DNA of 64,000 nt, taken from contig MU006103.1 of assembly GCA_010093705.1 (NCBI GenBank), positions 531,121 to 595,120 of the forward strand, written 5' to 3'. Shown here one piece after another: positions 26,001-37,400 of this stretch. The stretch's first letter is position 1; each line of letters begins with the position of its first letter. The notes under the pieces are model-generated. The model was given only the letters and a program-made list of their open reading frames with translations, did not search any database and was not told the origin of the DNA. Position numbers and translations under genes: made by a program. Origin of the DNA: Patellaria atrata CBS 101060. Taxonomy: Eukaryota.

Positions 26001-27350
26001 ATTGCTTACGATCTGTTGGCTACTAAGCTGTGAAAGTGCCGCACAGAGTTCCTCGTACTTCACCTTGAGCGGTATGATTCTCAAAAGTGCGAGGGAAAAC
26101 TCACTTTACGCATGAATATGATGAATGGAAATTCGTTAACTAGATCAACAAGGTCGCATGGACGGCATTGACTGTCAAGCTTTTCGATTAACGCGCAATG
26201 GTGGAGAAGATACGTTGCTGTATGTGCGATTTCAGCAATAAGATGCTGCATATCAGCTGTACCGTCCAGCGTCCGTACTCCACAGTTTTCAAACAAGAGG
26301 AATTTTAACGCGCTAGTGTGTAAGAGGAACGTTGAAGCTTCCTCGGTTGATATCTGACCATCTTTAATCGGATTTCGGAGCGCCAGTAGCGTCACCACGT
26401 CGCGTTCGGAAAGAGTGTCTAGCTGCGTCAAGTCGTCCAAGCTGTAGGGGCTAGGTAAGTGATATTCAATAGCGGGTTTGATAGTGTGAAGTGCGTAGAA
26501 GTCTTGAGCATCTTACAACCGTGAAAACTCCATGACAACAGTCAAAGCTGTAGCAAATGTTAGTTTAGGCGAAGACGTGAAAGGTTTCGGTGGGAATTGT
26601 TTTAGGAGCTGGGGGCCTGATATAGTTAGGTTATCTTTGTGTCTTTGAATTGTAATTCGTTGACCATAGCAACATTGTACTGGTTCGAGATGAACCAGGA
26701 GATCATTGCCCGTAGGTTGAGTTGGAGCGACAGTAAGATTGCGTTGAAGAAATCGTTGGATTTGCCGTAGGCTTCAGCTTCGATAGCGCTTCTCAGAATA
26801 GTTTTTTTGCCAATCCTTTTCTTCGTGCTTCTCAGAGCTGGTAGCGGCACCATCATGACACATGACGAAATAAGTACCAGTATCTTTTAGGTGAGTCATA
26901 AAGGCGGCGTCGGTAATTGAACTGAACCGTCGAATGCTGATGCTGGAACTGAGCTTGCATTGCAGGTGGCGTATGATGACCGAACGTGCCAGGAGACACT
27001 TTGAGTGATTTTTGAGCTCAGTTGCACGTGAATACAAAGTTTCTCGTTCTGATGAAAGCAGACGAGGTTAAAGTTGCATTTGGGGGAGACGAGATTTCAG
27101 ACCAGGTTTTCAACAAGGTAGACTGCGTGAAGGAGTTGAAATCCATCTGTCCAATACATCAGCAGAGGAACATCTTGACGGAATCCAGATGAGGTCGAGC
27201 AGTTTACTCACCATGGAAATTAAGCCGTGGGTCGGAGAAGCAGTGAAGAAGTAATGAGTCGGGCTCGATAAGGAACAGTTCACTTCCCGCGTAGTCCCCA
27301 AAAAGATCTACTCGTCTCGCAAAAAGCGAGCGATACCACTGAAGAATGGC
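23045..27350 (-). pseudogene. DDX60/Ski2-like DExH RNA helicase pseudogene
   Basis: PDAWQRKVLD, Walker A VAPTSSGKT (about 24852-24876), VAPTKAL, Walker B IIFDEIH (about 24534-24555), LPAIVFNYDR, LNAYLYDFYKHG, LQEEFDDKFKKIWA*. Broken into more than 10 short ORFs by stops and frameshifts. Confidence 0.85.
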
Positions 27351-27582
27351 CTCTTTAGAAACCAGGGCAGTGATTTAAGAAAGACTCGGATTGCGTGGTA
27401 GGTTGAGAGAAATATAGTGATGAAGTTTGTGTTCGAGGGACAAATCTGAGTTCTACTGTCCCAGAGGTTCAAGACAAGACAGATCAAGCTACCGTGGTAA
27501 GTGCAATGCTATCAAATCTTCATCAATTGTAGATGCGTAGGTATGGAGTGTTACCGTGAGTACAAGTAAGGTAACATGTTTA

Positions 27583-27623
27583 GAAGTCTTGGACACTCCG
27601 TGCACAGAGACACTCCGTGCACG
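27583..27623 (+). repeat. Left TIR containing two direct copies of GACACTCCGTGCAC
   Basis: Exact reverse complement of 29661-29701. Confidence 0.97.
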
Positions 27624-27673
27624 CCACCCCATAAACCTATACTGTTACTTCAAAATTCAATATCTCCATCAAT

Positions 27674-29548
27674 ATGGTAGCTATTGACCTCGCTCTTGAT
27701 GATCTGAATAGCCAATCAGTACCTAATATCAGCCATACTGCTAAAAAGTTTGGTGTTGACCGTACTACGTTGTCGCGTCGATGGAGAGGTATAACCCGTT
27801 CTATGGATACGGCGTACAAGAGGAGAGAATTCCTCAACGAATCCCAGTCCAAATTCCTTATTAAATATATTAACAGAGTCTCTGCGCAAGGCTTAGCGCC
27901 TACTCCATTAATGGTACGGACCTGGGCAGCAGAGATTGCTAAGAAAGAGCCGTCAGCTAAATGGCCAAGCCGCTGGATCAAGCGAAATTCAAAATGTTTG
28001 AAATCTGGATATCTCTCAGGGCTAGATAAATCCAGGAAAAATTCAGAATCTGCCTTCTACTACGCGCTATACTTTGAGCTATTAGCTCGTAAAATAGAGC
28101 AGTATAGGGTTAAAATCCCTAATATATGGAACATGGACGAGAAGGGCTTTCTAATGGGTATACTGCAAAAGCAACGTCGTTACTTCTCTAAAGCATACTA
28201 CGAAACAGGGGCTCTGAAGCACGTACTTCAAGATGGTAGTAGATCGTGGATAACGTGTCTTGCTGCTATCTGTGCTGACGGTAGGCACCTGGATCCAATG
28301 CTGATTTACGAGGCGGTTAGTGGAGATATTCAGGATACGTGGATACAAGACTATAACGAAAATATCCATAAATGCTCTTTTGCTTCCTCTCCAACTGGCT
28401 GGACGAATAACGAGCTCGGATATCAGTGGCTAACACGAGTCTTTGAGCCGTATACTAGACCCACAAGCGATAGAGAGTGGAGAGTTTTAATACTTGATGG
28501 GCACGGATCTCACGTCACAATGAAATTCATTGATTTTGCGTTAAGTCATAGAATCCTGCTGGCTGTTTTTCCTCCGCATTCAACTCACCGTTTACAACCT
28601 CTTGACGTCTCATTATTTGCTCCCCTGGCTCAGTACTATAGTCAGGAGTTGGACATATTCATACACGACTCTGAGGGCCTTTGTAGCGTTACAAAGCGAG
28701 ACTTCTTCCGTCTATTTTGGCCTTCTTTTCAGAAGGCTTTTGCGGAGAAAAATGTACTTTCAGGATTCCGGAAAACAGGATTATCTCCCTTTAATCCTAC
28801 TATTATTTTAGGCGAACTTGACTTCAAAATACCTAGTGAAGATAGTAGACTAGGCTCAGAAGATTCAGTATCTTCAGAAGTATCTCTAACTGATTGGCGG
28901 AAGATAGAGAGGCTTCTAAAGGTTACCTATCGTGACTTTTCTGATAAGGAGACTCAACGTTTAGATGATATCATCCTACAGATCACTTCCGAGATTTCAG
29001 TGCTTCGTGGCCGAGTTGACGGACTTAGACGAGCTCTACAGAATGAGATAAAGAAGCGCAAGCGTCAGAAGCCAGCATTTAAGACTACTGGTCTTAAAGA
29101 GGAGGGTTATGCTCAAGTATTTACCCCGTCAAAAGTAGCATTAGCAAAACAGCTCTTAGCTAAACAAGACACTGAAAAGGAGCGCCAACAGGCTCAAAAA
29201 TACCAGGCTATACTTAAAAGGCAGCAAAAGAACCAGGAGAAGAAAGTACTGCTTGCTGCTCGTCAAAAAGCGAGAGAAGAGAGTAAAAAACAACGTGAGA
29301 CGGAGGTATTAGTAAAGGTATCAGCTCGAGAGCGTGCTACTGAGGCTCGTCAGGCTCAACAACAGCTTATTGGCGATATCAGACAGTCACGGCTACGCAA
29401 TAAGGTATCAAAAGGTGTATTTACTACCACTCAACAGAAGGAAGTTGTTGTTCTATCTCCATTAAAAGTTCAGGATAGTGGTGAAGGTAGTTCTCGTCCA
29501 AAACGCACGCGCAAAGCACCAGCACGATTTTTAGATTTTGAAACATAG
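27674..29548 (+). CDS. Fot1/pogo DD35D transposase, 624 aa
   Basis: N-terminal HTH (AKKFGVDRTTLSRRW), WNMDEKGF, LILDGHGSH, then 35 residues to LQPLDV; uninterrupted ORF. Confidence 0.96.
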   Translation: MVAIDLALDDLNSQSVPNISHTAKKFGVDRTTLSRRWRGITRSMDTAYKRREFLNESQSKFLIKYINRVSAQGLAPTPLMVRTWAAEIAKKEPSAKWPSRWIKRNSKCLKSGYLSGLDKSRKNSESAFYYALYFELLARKIEQYRVKIPNIWNMDEKGFLMGILQKQRRYFSKAYYETGALKHVLQDGSRSWITCLAAICADGRHLDPMLIYEAVSGDIQDTWIQDYNENIHKCSFASSPTGWTNNELGYQWLTRVFEPYTRPTSDREWRVLILDGHGSHVTMKFIDFALSHRILLAVFPPHSTHRLQPLDVSLFAPLAQYYSQELDIFIHDSEGLCSVTKRDFFRLFWPSFQKAFAEKNVLSGFRKTGLSPFNPTIILGELDFKIPSEDSRLGSEDSVSSEVSLTDWRKIERLLKVTYRDFSDKETQRLDDIILQITSEISVLRGRVDGLRRALQNEIKKRKRQKPAFKTTGLKEEGYAQVFTPSKVALAKQLLAKQDTEKERQQAQKYQAILKRQQKNQEKKVLLAARQKAREESKKQRETEVLVKVSARERATEARQAQQQLIGDIRQSRLRNKVSKGVFTTTQQKEVVVLSPLKVQDSGEGSSRPKRTRKAPARFLDFET

Positions 29549-29660
29549 ATAGATCTATTTCTTACTATCTAAATAACTATTCTACCAAATTTGAATATAA
29601 ACGGACTTATGGTTGTTGAGATATTCGTAATTCAAAAGCCATACTGTTGGTGGTGATCAC

Positions 29661-29701
29661 CGTGCACGGAGTGTCTCTGTGCACGGAGTGTCCAAGACTT
29701 C
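29661..29701 (-). repeat. Right TIR of the Fot1-like element
   Basis: Exact reverse complement of 27583-27623, followed by TA. Confidence 0.97.
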
Positions 29702-31419
29702 TACCTGAACATACAGTGACGCCAGAACAATTATTGGGCTTGTTCCCCACGTACGCCAGAGCACCCCCACGTCCTTGACCCGGCCCGACTTAGTTCCAAA
29801 TCGGCATCGGTAGAACTACTCAGAAGATATCCTTTTATACAACCCAAACTTAAATTAAATCATCAACAAACAAATGATCTAACATCTTTCTCTACTCTCT
29901 ATACCTACTGATCATCTTGTACGTTATGCTCTTGATGATGTTGTGAAAAATCTTTCTGTATATTTTGGCCTCGAGAGAGGTCATACTATAGTCTCAGCTT
30001 CCGTCGTCGGATCCGATATGAGTAATAGAAGCACCTAAAACACTTAATTGCTCGCAGATGCAATCCAAAATGAAAGCCATCGTTAAGAAAATCTCGCCCA
30101 TCTTCATCGCTCAAACGCCCGATCCGGGATTGCGAGCCCATCTTAGAAATGAGACCTCTTAGGCCCGTCTCTGGGATCACCGTACAACGAACGGTTACTT
30201 GCTTTGCACAAACTTCCGGTCCGATAGCAAGATCATATGCACGGCAGTCCTAGTCATGAAAATCGGGGTAGAGGATAAAGCAAACGAAGGAAACGCGCAT
30301 ACACCTCTCACTCTAAAAGAAACATATGTTTCGTAAGTAAGTGAGTCTATTGTCGACCTTTGCACCCTCTGGCGAACAACGCTGTAGAATTCGTGTGAAG
30401 ATAATTTACAGCGACGAGACCATGATGGCCAGCTTTATCATTAGCGTAAGAGAGGGTCCAGCTCAAATTTGCCGTTTTCCACTGTGCGGGGAGAAAAGGG
30501 AAGTACAAATACTGTATAATATGAAAATAAGTACCACCCCCTCCTCTAGGAGAGAAGGTACCCAATCTAGAGATGTTGTATTCCATAAATTGCATCGCGT
30601 GGCATATCTAATCGCGTGATCAGACTTTAGCCTTAAAAGAGAAACGAAGGAGTTTGCAATAAGCATACTGAGAGCTGTCGGGGCACGACAGTGCAAGGTT
30701 GGGTTGGGTTCTCCCTTAGAACAGAATAGAGGGGAGTGATACACTTCGAAATCCACTTCCGCTACACTTCAAAACAAGAGGAATAGCTCAAGCTGCTTTA
30801 TTCGGGCCTTTTCATTCTACGCCCCCGTACTGTAAAGCCGGGTTCTGAGTGTAGGCTGAGAATAACATCGTCGATATGCTTGCCTAGCTCTTCCACCTAT
30901 ATGTCGGCATTATCTACTATGATCTTATACGCCCCAGGTTTGTTGGAACTGTCAAGACCTGAATGGGTCGGGAGAAAGAGTGATACGGAGAAAGGGAGCA
31001 ACGCTTTCGAGGCGGGAAGCGAACCAATACAGATTAGAAAGCTTTCGGAGCGGGGGCCTTTCCCCATCACTAAGAGTTAGTACGAAGGGAAGGTATATGG
31101 TGAAAGATGTTCGGGTTGTTATATGAGGACAATAATGGGATAGAATGTAGTTCTACGGAGAACTCGATGTTATCAACCCGAAAAACCACCGCCTTGGCAA
31201 TGACGTACGGAGTACTCAGCAACAGGCTCTTTCCTTGATATCTTCTAATATTTTGATATATTAACGAACAAAAGATCCGGTGTCATCTATCTAACTCCTT
31301 GACCAAACCCCGACGCCGTGTGTATCCAAACAAAGGAAGACATTGTAATGGAATTGTCTATTAGAACTAGGGAATAGAGATCAAATGCAGTGCACCTCCT
31401 TCACAGAACATAAACCCCT

Positions 31420-34400
31420 CTAAATCTTAACGAACGCCTCCGGAGATTTCGCCATTTCGCCCAAACAATTCTTATACCAATCTAGAGCCTCTTGTGCTTT
31501 ACTCTTCGTTATTGCGCGCTCATCAAAGGTGAATTGCGCGACATATTCTCCCTTTGTCGCGGTCTTCCGAATTTCAAGCTGGATCGCATAATTGAAATAC
31601 ATCTTATTCTTGTTCATCTTCATCACAATCCAACGCATTGGATCAGGTTCTCCGCTCGACGGTTCGAATGGTTGGAAGCAGAAGAGACATTTTGACCCTT
31701 CAGAGCGATTGCGACCCAATGCTTGGTATATCTCTCCGAGCGACACTAGGCCGTTTTCCGAGGACTCCCAGAAATCAGCCTGTGTTTGGCTGAGAATTGC
31801 TTTGACAGATGTGTCCGTCGATATCTGGCTTCGAAAAGGCAGGAAATTGGCGCATGTGCCAGTGATGAGTTGCTGCACAGAGACATTAGGGCTAGTAATA
31901 AGTTAAGGGGAGAGGAGAATTTACCGGGTTGTCTATTGGGACATTGCGTCCCGAAATGAGATTGTCATACATAACATCTCGCGATCTACTTAGATGTGCA
32001 AGAAGGAGGCTGAATGCAGTTTGGAAGACGATCGGTGCTGTTACGCCGGCCACCTCCGCCAAGTCGTCCAGTCCAACTTCAACGTCAATTTTACCACTCA
32101 GACCACTGGAGATTTTGGGTTCCAGAGTAGTTGAAAGGAAGTCAAATTTATAACCTCCAAGAACATCTTTCCAGTAGTCGAGTTGAGGCTGCTTCTTTGT
32201 CGTAGAGATATAGTTGATGAAGTCCTTGAAAGGTGTCTGTTGTGGCAATGGAAGATTGTGGTTAAGAGCGACGAACTGGTCATCGAAGATGTACAAGAGC
32301 GATCCATCATACGACGCATGATCCAGCTTGATTACCAAGTCTCGTGTTCCATCTTCCGAATGCTCTAGCAGCATGTATCGAACGAAAGGCTTACCCGCTT
32401 CAAAGGTGGCTTCCCAATCGGCATCTAGGATTTGTTGTCTCTCTTCCTCGGAGCTGTACGACCGGTACGTCAGATTCAACACGGGATGCTTGAGAACGAC
32501 TTGGATAGCAGTTAAGGGATTGTTTTCTTCCAGGTAGAGGTAGAGTGCTCGCAGGATTTGATTGTTCTTGGTCAACTTCGTGGTGAGGTATATCCAACGA
32601 TCGAAGTCGAAACCAGCCGGTAGTCTTCGTACTGTATGAAGTTGCCAGAACTGGTCCTTCTTGATTCCCTGAGACAAGAATTCGATTTGGCCCGCGGTAC
32701 AGGGATATATGTCTTCTACGTCTTTCTTGAAGATGTTCAGTTCGGAAAGTCGCGCGTAGACTTCCGATGGCGGTTCATAGACAATTGGTTCTGCCGAAAG
32801 GACTGATTCCATTTCTCCTTGAAAATTTTTTTTCAAGAATGGTGTCTGTTCTCGAAGTGATGGGTTGGAAAGAATTTCCGAGACTGTGATTTGGTATCCA
32901 TGTCGTCGAGCTGTGCTAGTTAAATTGATGGCCGAGATTGAGTCACCCCCAATTCCGTGGAACGTGGAGTTTGCATGGATCTCCTCCAGTGGGACGTTTA
33001 AAGTGGATGCCCATAGATTTTGAAGTACACGCTCTGGCCCTGTACTGATTTCGACTACTTCAGCCTCACCCAAATACTCCTTCAGCAAGCTCTCATCCAT
33101 ATTTTCAACGAATGCAAGCAATTCCTTTTTGTTTGCTTTGCCAGAAACCGACAAGGGCATCTTTGATACCGGGAACCAAACGGTGGGTATCATATAAGAG
33201 GAGAGGGTTGTCAACTTCTCCGCAACCGCCTTCCAGTCCGGTGCTTCCTCTGGTGGAAGCAGCAAGCTTGTCTCATTAGCCGTTTGGCTCGTACTAGAAC
33301 CCAGGCAAAATGCAACCAGTTGCTTCTTCTTCATGACGGTCCCTACGACTACCGCACATTGACTGAAGTCATTTGTTTGCATGATGACACTTTCGACCTC
33401 ACCAAGCTCAATTCTGTACCCGTTCAACTTGATCTGATCATCTTTGCGGCCGAATAGCTCTATTTCGCCGTTGGGAAGCCATCTTGCAAGATCTCCAGTC
33501 TGATATATTCTGGTGCCGTCGGCTTGGGTATGGAACACCTTAGCCGTCGCCTCCGGACGATTAAGGTAACCCCGAGCAATTTGTGGTCCTCCTACACAAA
33601 GTTCTCCAACATCACCGTGTGGGATTTGCTCCATTGTTTCAGGGTCTAGAATCGCAGCAGTCACTGTCTTAAAAGCTCTTCCGATATTTCGCAAGTTGTG
33701 TTCAGGGGTCACCGTAATTCCAGTAACACAAATAGTTGCTTCAGTGGGACCGTAAAGACTGTAAACGGTCATTGCTCGTGCCCAAATATCTGGGATGAAT
33801 GGGGGGACAGGCTCCCCACCGATGCAGAGTACTTTCAGGGTGGGGATTTCTTCTGGAGAAAGAAGGCTTGCCATTGTAGGCGTGATACTGGCTTCCGTTG
33901 CCTTCATAGAATTAATCAGGCTTCCTAGGTTGGCTACCATAGCGTCTTGTGGAGCCATACAGAGAGTTCCACCAACCGACAGAACGGCAAAGAAAGCGTG
34001 GAAGGACCCATCGAAAACGTAGTTCAACGCCCAAAGACATCGCCATGATGCGGTAACGTTCGTTGACTCAACAATTCCCTGGGTGGCTGCTGCAAGTCCC
34101 TCGTGTGGCAAAAGCGTACCCTTGGGCTTTCCAGTACTACCGCTGGTGTAGACGATATATACGAGTGATTCCGGAGTCACTTCTGGTGCTAAGCATCGCT
34201 GAATTGGTATGCTGTGCCACTGAACATCTTCGATCACAATAACTTCATAATCCACACCTTCAAAAAATTTGCTGTTAGCCTTGTCTGTAATGGAAATCTT
34301 GGCACCGACGTCTTCGATGATGCCTGAATTTCTCTCTCTAGGATTCTTCCCATCAAGGGTCACGAAAGCTCCTCCAGAAATCATGACTCCGAGCATTACG

Positions 34401-37400
34401 ACCGCTGTGTTGATCGATTTGTCAAGCATGACTGGGACGACTTGTTCAGCACGAACTCCTTTCTTTCGCAGCAAAGTTGCCAATTGGTTTGCTTTGATAG
34501 ACAAGCCTGCGTATGTTATACTGTTACCAGAAGCCTCTTGGATAGCGATGTTGGACGGATATACAACAGCCATTCTTTGGATTTCGACGTGGACCATTTC
34601 GTATGTAAGCACAGACTCCGGTGGTTCGAAAAAGCCTTTCCCAGATTCTTGAGCCACGCTCACCGTTATACCGGTGCTCGACAATTCATCATTTCGCTCC
34701 ACGTTGACGTATGAATCTCCATCATCACTTGATGCGGAACTGGATGCAGGCGTAAATCTGTCGTTATCATCATTCTCAGAAGGTGACGCGGATGCGGTGC
34801 TCGAAATCCTTGAGATATCTTTGGTCTCATTATTCAACGGACAGTCAACGGCTGGAGGAGAGTTACGTTGTGCAGGCCCTTGGTGAGATGAGACTCCGAA
34901 GCTTTCCAAAACTCGAGCCACCGAATTCACCAAATTCTGCGATACAGATGATTGAAGTGTTGAGGATAAAACGACTTCGTTTAGTGATCCATTGTTGAGT
35001 TCAACCTTCACATTCTCATTTCGCTCGAGGCTAGCTTCTGGAAGTATAACTAGGCCACCAGCTTGTTGCGTTTGAGGGGCCTTGATCAAGAAGTTCACTG
35101 CTGTATCGAAAATATCCCTTGGTTGTTTGCTCGCCTTGAGAATGTTTCGCATACCATAGAGAGCGTGTCGAGTAACCTTCCAGAGTGTAGCCTGGACATG
35201 CGCAGCAATCGATTCTAAGGACAGTTCTCGATTGATAATTATTCGCAAAGGTGCCATTGTGAGTGCTGGTCCAGCCATTTGCATAATCCCTGAAACAGGT
35301 GCGTCTCTTCCAGAAAGTGTTATCCCAAAGATGATATCATCATTTGAGGAACTATCAGCGAGAACGATTGCCCAGGCAGTATAGAGAAGAACGGCGGGTG
35401 TAACCTTGAGCTTGGATGCTGTGCTCTTTAAGTCAACCTCAACCCTTGCGGTTACAGTATTCTCCGGCGCCATCCTAGACCCAAGCCTGCTAGGAATGGC
35501 ACCAGCGAGATAGCTTTGCCAGAAATCGTGCATGGCCTCTTGATCCTGCCGATGAAGATACTGGACATATCTATTGAAGGGCGTTCGTTGAATCGGTTTT
35601 CCGCCTGTCAGAATAGATGTAATATCTTGGGGTATAAAGGCGTTGGACCAATAATCAAATAATGCATGGTGAACAGTGATCACAAGAATGTCTTCAGGTA
35701 AAGTTATTACTTTCCACCATAAACCCCCGAAAGCCATCGACTCCGGATCTTGCTTCAGATAAACCTTCAGGTTCTTGTTGACAACTTCCCAAGGGACATC
35801 TACTGATTTTTTTACGACTTGCAAGTAAGAATGGCCGTGTGCCACAAATGTTGTGCGGAGAAGAGGTTGGGTTTTTATCAAGGTTTGTAAAGCTTCTTTG
35901 ACCGAGCTTACGCTATGTCCTTTGAAACTGTATGCTCGCCTGTAGATGAAGTCTACGCCACCCATGACCGCATTTGTGATCACACCCTCTTGAAATGGTG
36001 TAACGGGGAACACGTCTTCGATATCAGAGCTCTTGAGGCCGAGATCTTCAACATGGAAGTTTTCTTGCATTAATCCGAAAGGGCCGATACCGACATTACT
36101 TTCGAATTCCTCATGAGGTTTGACCTGGATAAGAGCGGCAACCTGAGCGAGAGAACCACCTAAGATGACATCTTCAACCCGAAGAGTTAAAGAGTATTCG
36201 GAATGTAGTTTGGAAGCAATCTGAACCGCTTCTAATGATGATCCACCCAGAGCTATAAAAGAGTCCTCAAGAAGGATATCAGACTCCTGGACGGGTAAGA
36301 ACTCCGACCAAACCTTTCTCACTATCCTTTCGTTATCGTTGAGATCATCCTCATTCGCTTCGCCTCTTGATCCAGGGGGGAGAAGTCGCCCGTAAAGAGC
36401 CAACGACTCAACCTTCTTTCGAATAGCTGCAATATCGACTTTTTGGTTGAGGTTGAGGGGCAAGGAAGAGGCCGGAACCCAGAAGCTGGGAACCATATAT
36501 AATGGCAGCTTATCACCAATGGCTGACCGGAGCTCGTCAACAATTGAATTCCAGTCGCTGCCAGCACGACTGACAATCATTGCAACGAGAACTGTCTTCT
36601 TTCCAACTACAGTTGAGACGACGGCAGATTGCTCCACTTCCTTGTGAGATTGAATGATCGCGTTTGGCTCTGCGGGATCAACCTTCTGGCCATTGATCTT
36701 GACTTGGTAATCTATTCTACCGATCATTTCAATTGATCCATCGGCATGACGAACAGCCAAATCGCCTGTACGGTACAATCTTCCACGACCAAATGGGTTC
36801 TTAATGAATCGCTTTTTCGTCTCCTCTGAATTGTTCAAATACTCTTTGGCCAGTTGAGATCCACCAAAGCAAAGCTCACCCGGAATGAGAAGTGGTGAGA
36901 GGTTGGTAGTTTCTGGTGTAAGGATATACGTAGTCGTTGTATCAAAAGCCTGTCCAAGGAAACGAGCTTGGGAAGCGTTCACCAGACGACGACGAGCATT
37001 GAGCTGCGTACATTCGCTAAGCCCATATGAGCTGAGAAGTTCGACTCGAAGTCCCCACATCTCGACTAAAGCAGGACTAGGCATCTCCCCTCCCAAAGCT
37101 AGTCGCCGAAGAGAAGGTGTAGTTTCTGGCGAGATCAGGAATGCTGTGGTGGATGTCATTTCAATGGAATTGATGTTCATCGAAGCTATCGTTTCGGCTG
37201 TGTGAACTGTCAAGTTCTTCTTGCTGGCCAAGCACAAGCAGCCGCCCGTGCACAAAGGGGCCCAGATGGACCTTTGCGCCGCTGAAAATACTGGATTGAA
37301 GAAAAGAAGCTGACGACGATCGTGAGACTTTGGGAAAGCCACCAGACCGTTGAACGCAGCATTGTGATCAAGCACCGCTGCCTTGGGCTTCCCTGTCGAG

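Larger units (their letters stand above)
27583..29701 (+). mobile_element. Complete Fot1/pogo-type (Tc1/mariner superfamily) DNA transposon, 2119 bp
   Basis: Perfect 41-bp TIRs at 27583-27623 and 29661-29701 (GAAGTCTTGGACACTCCGTGCACAGAGACACTCCGTGCACG); TA on both flanks; transposase inside. Confidence 0.97.
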
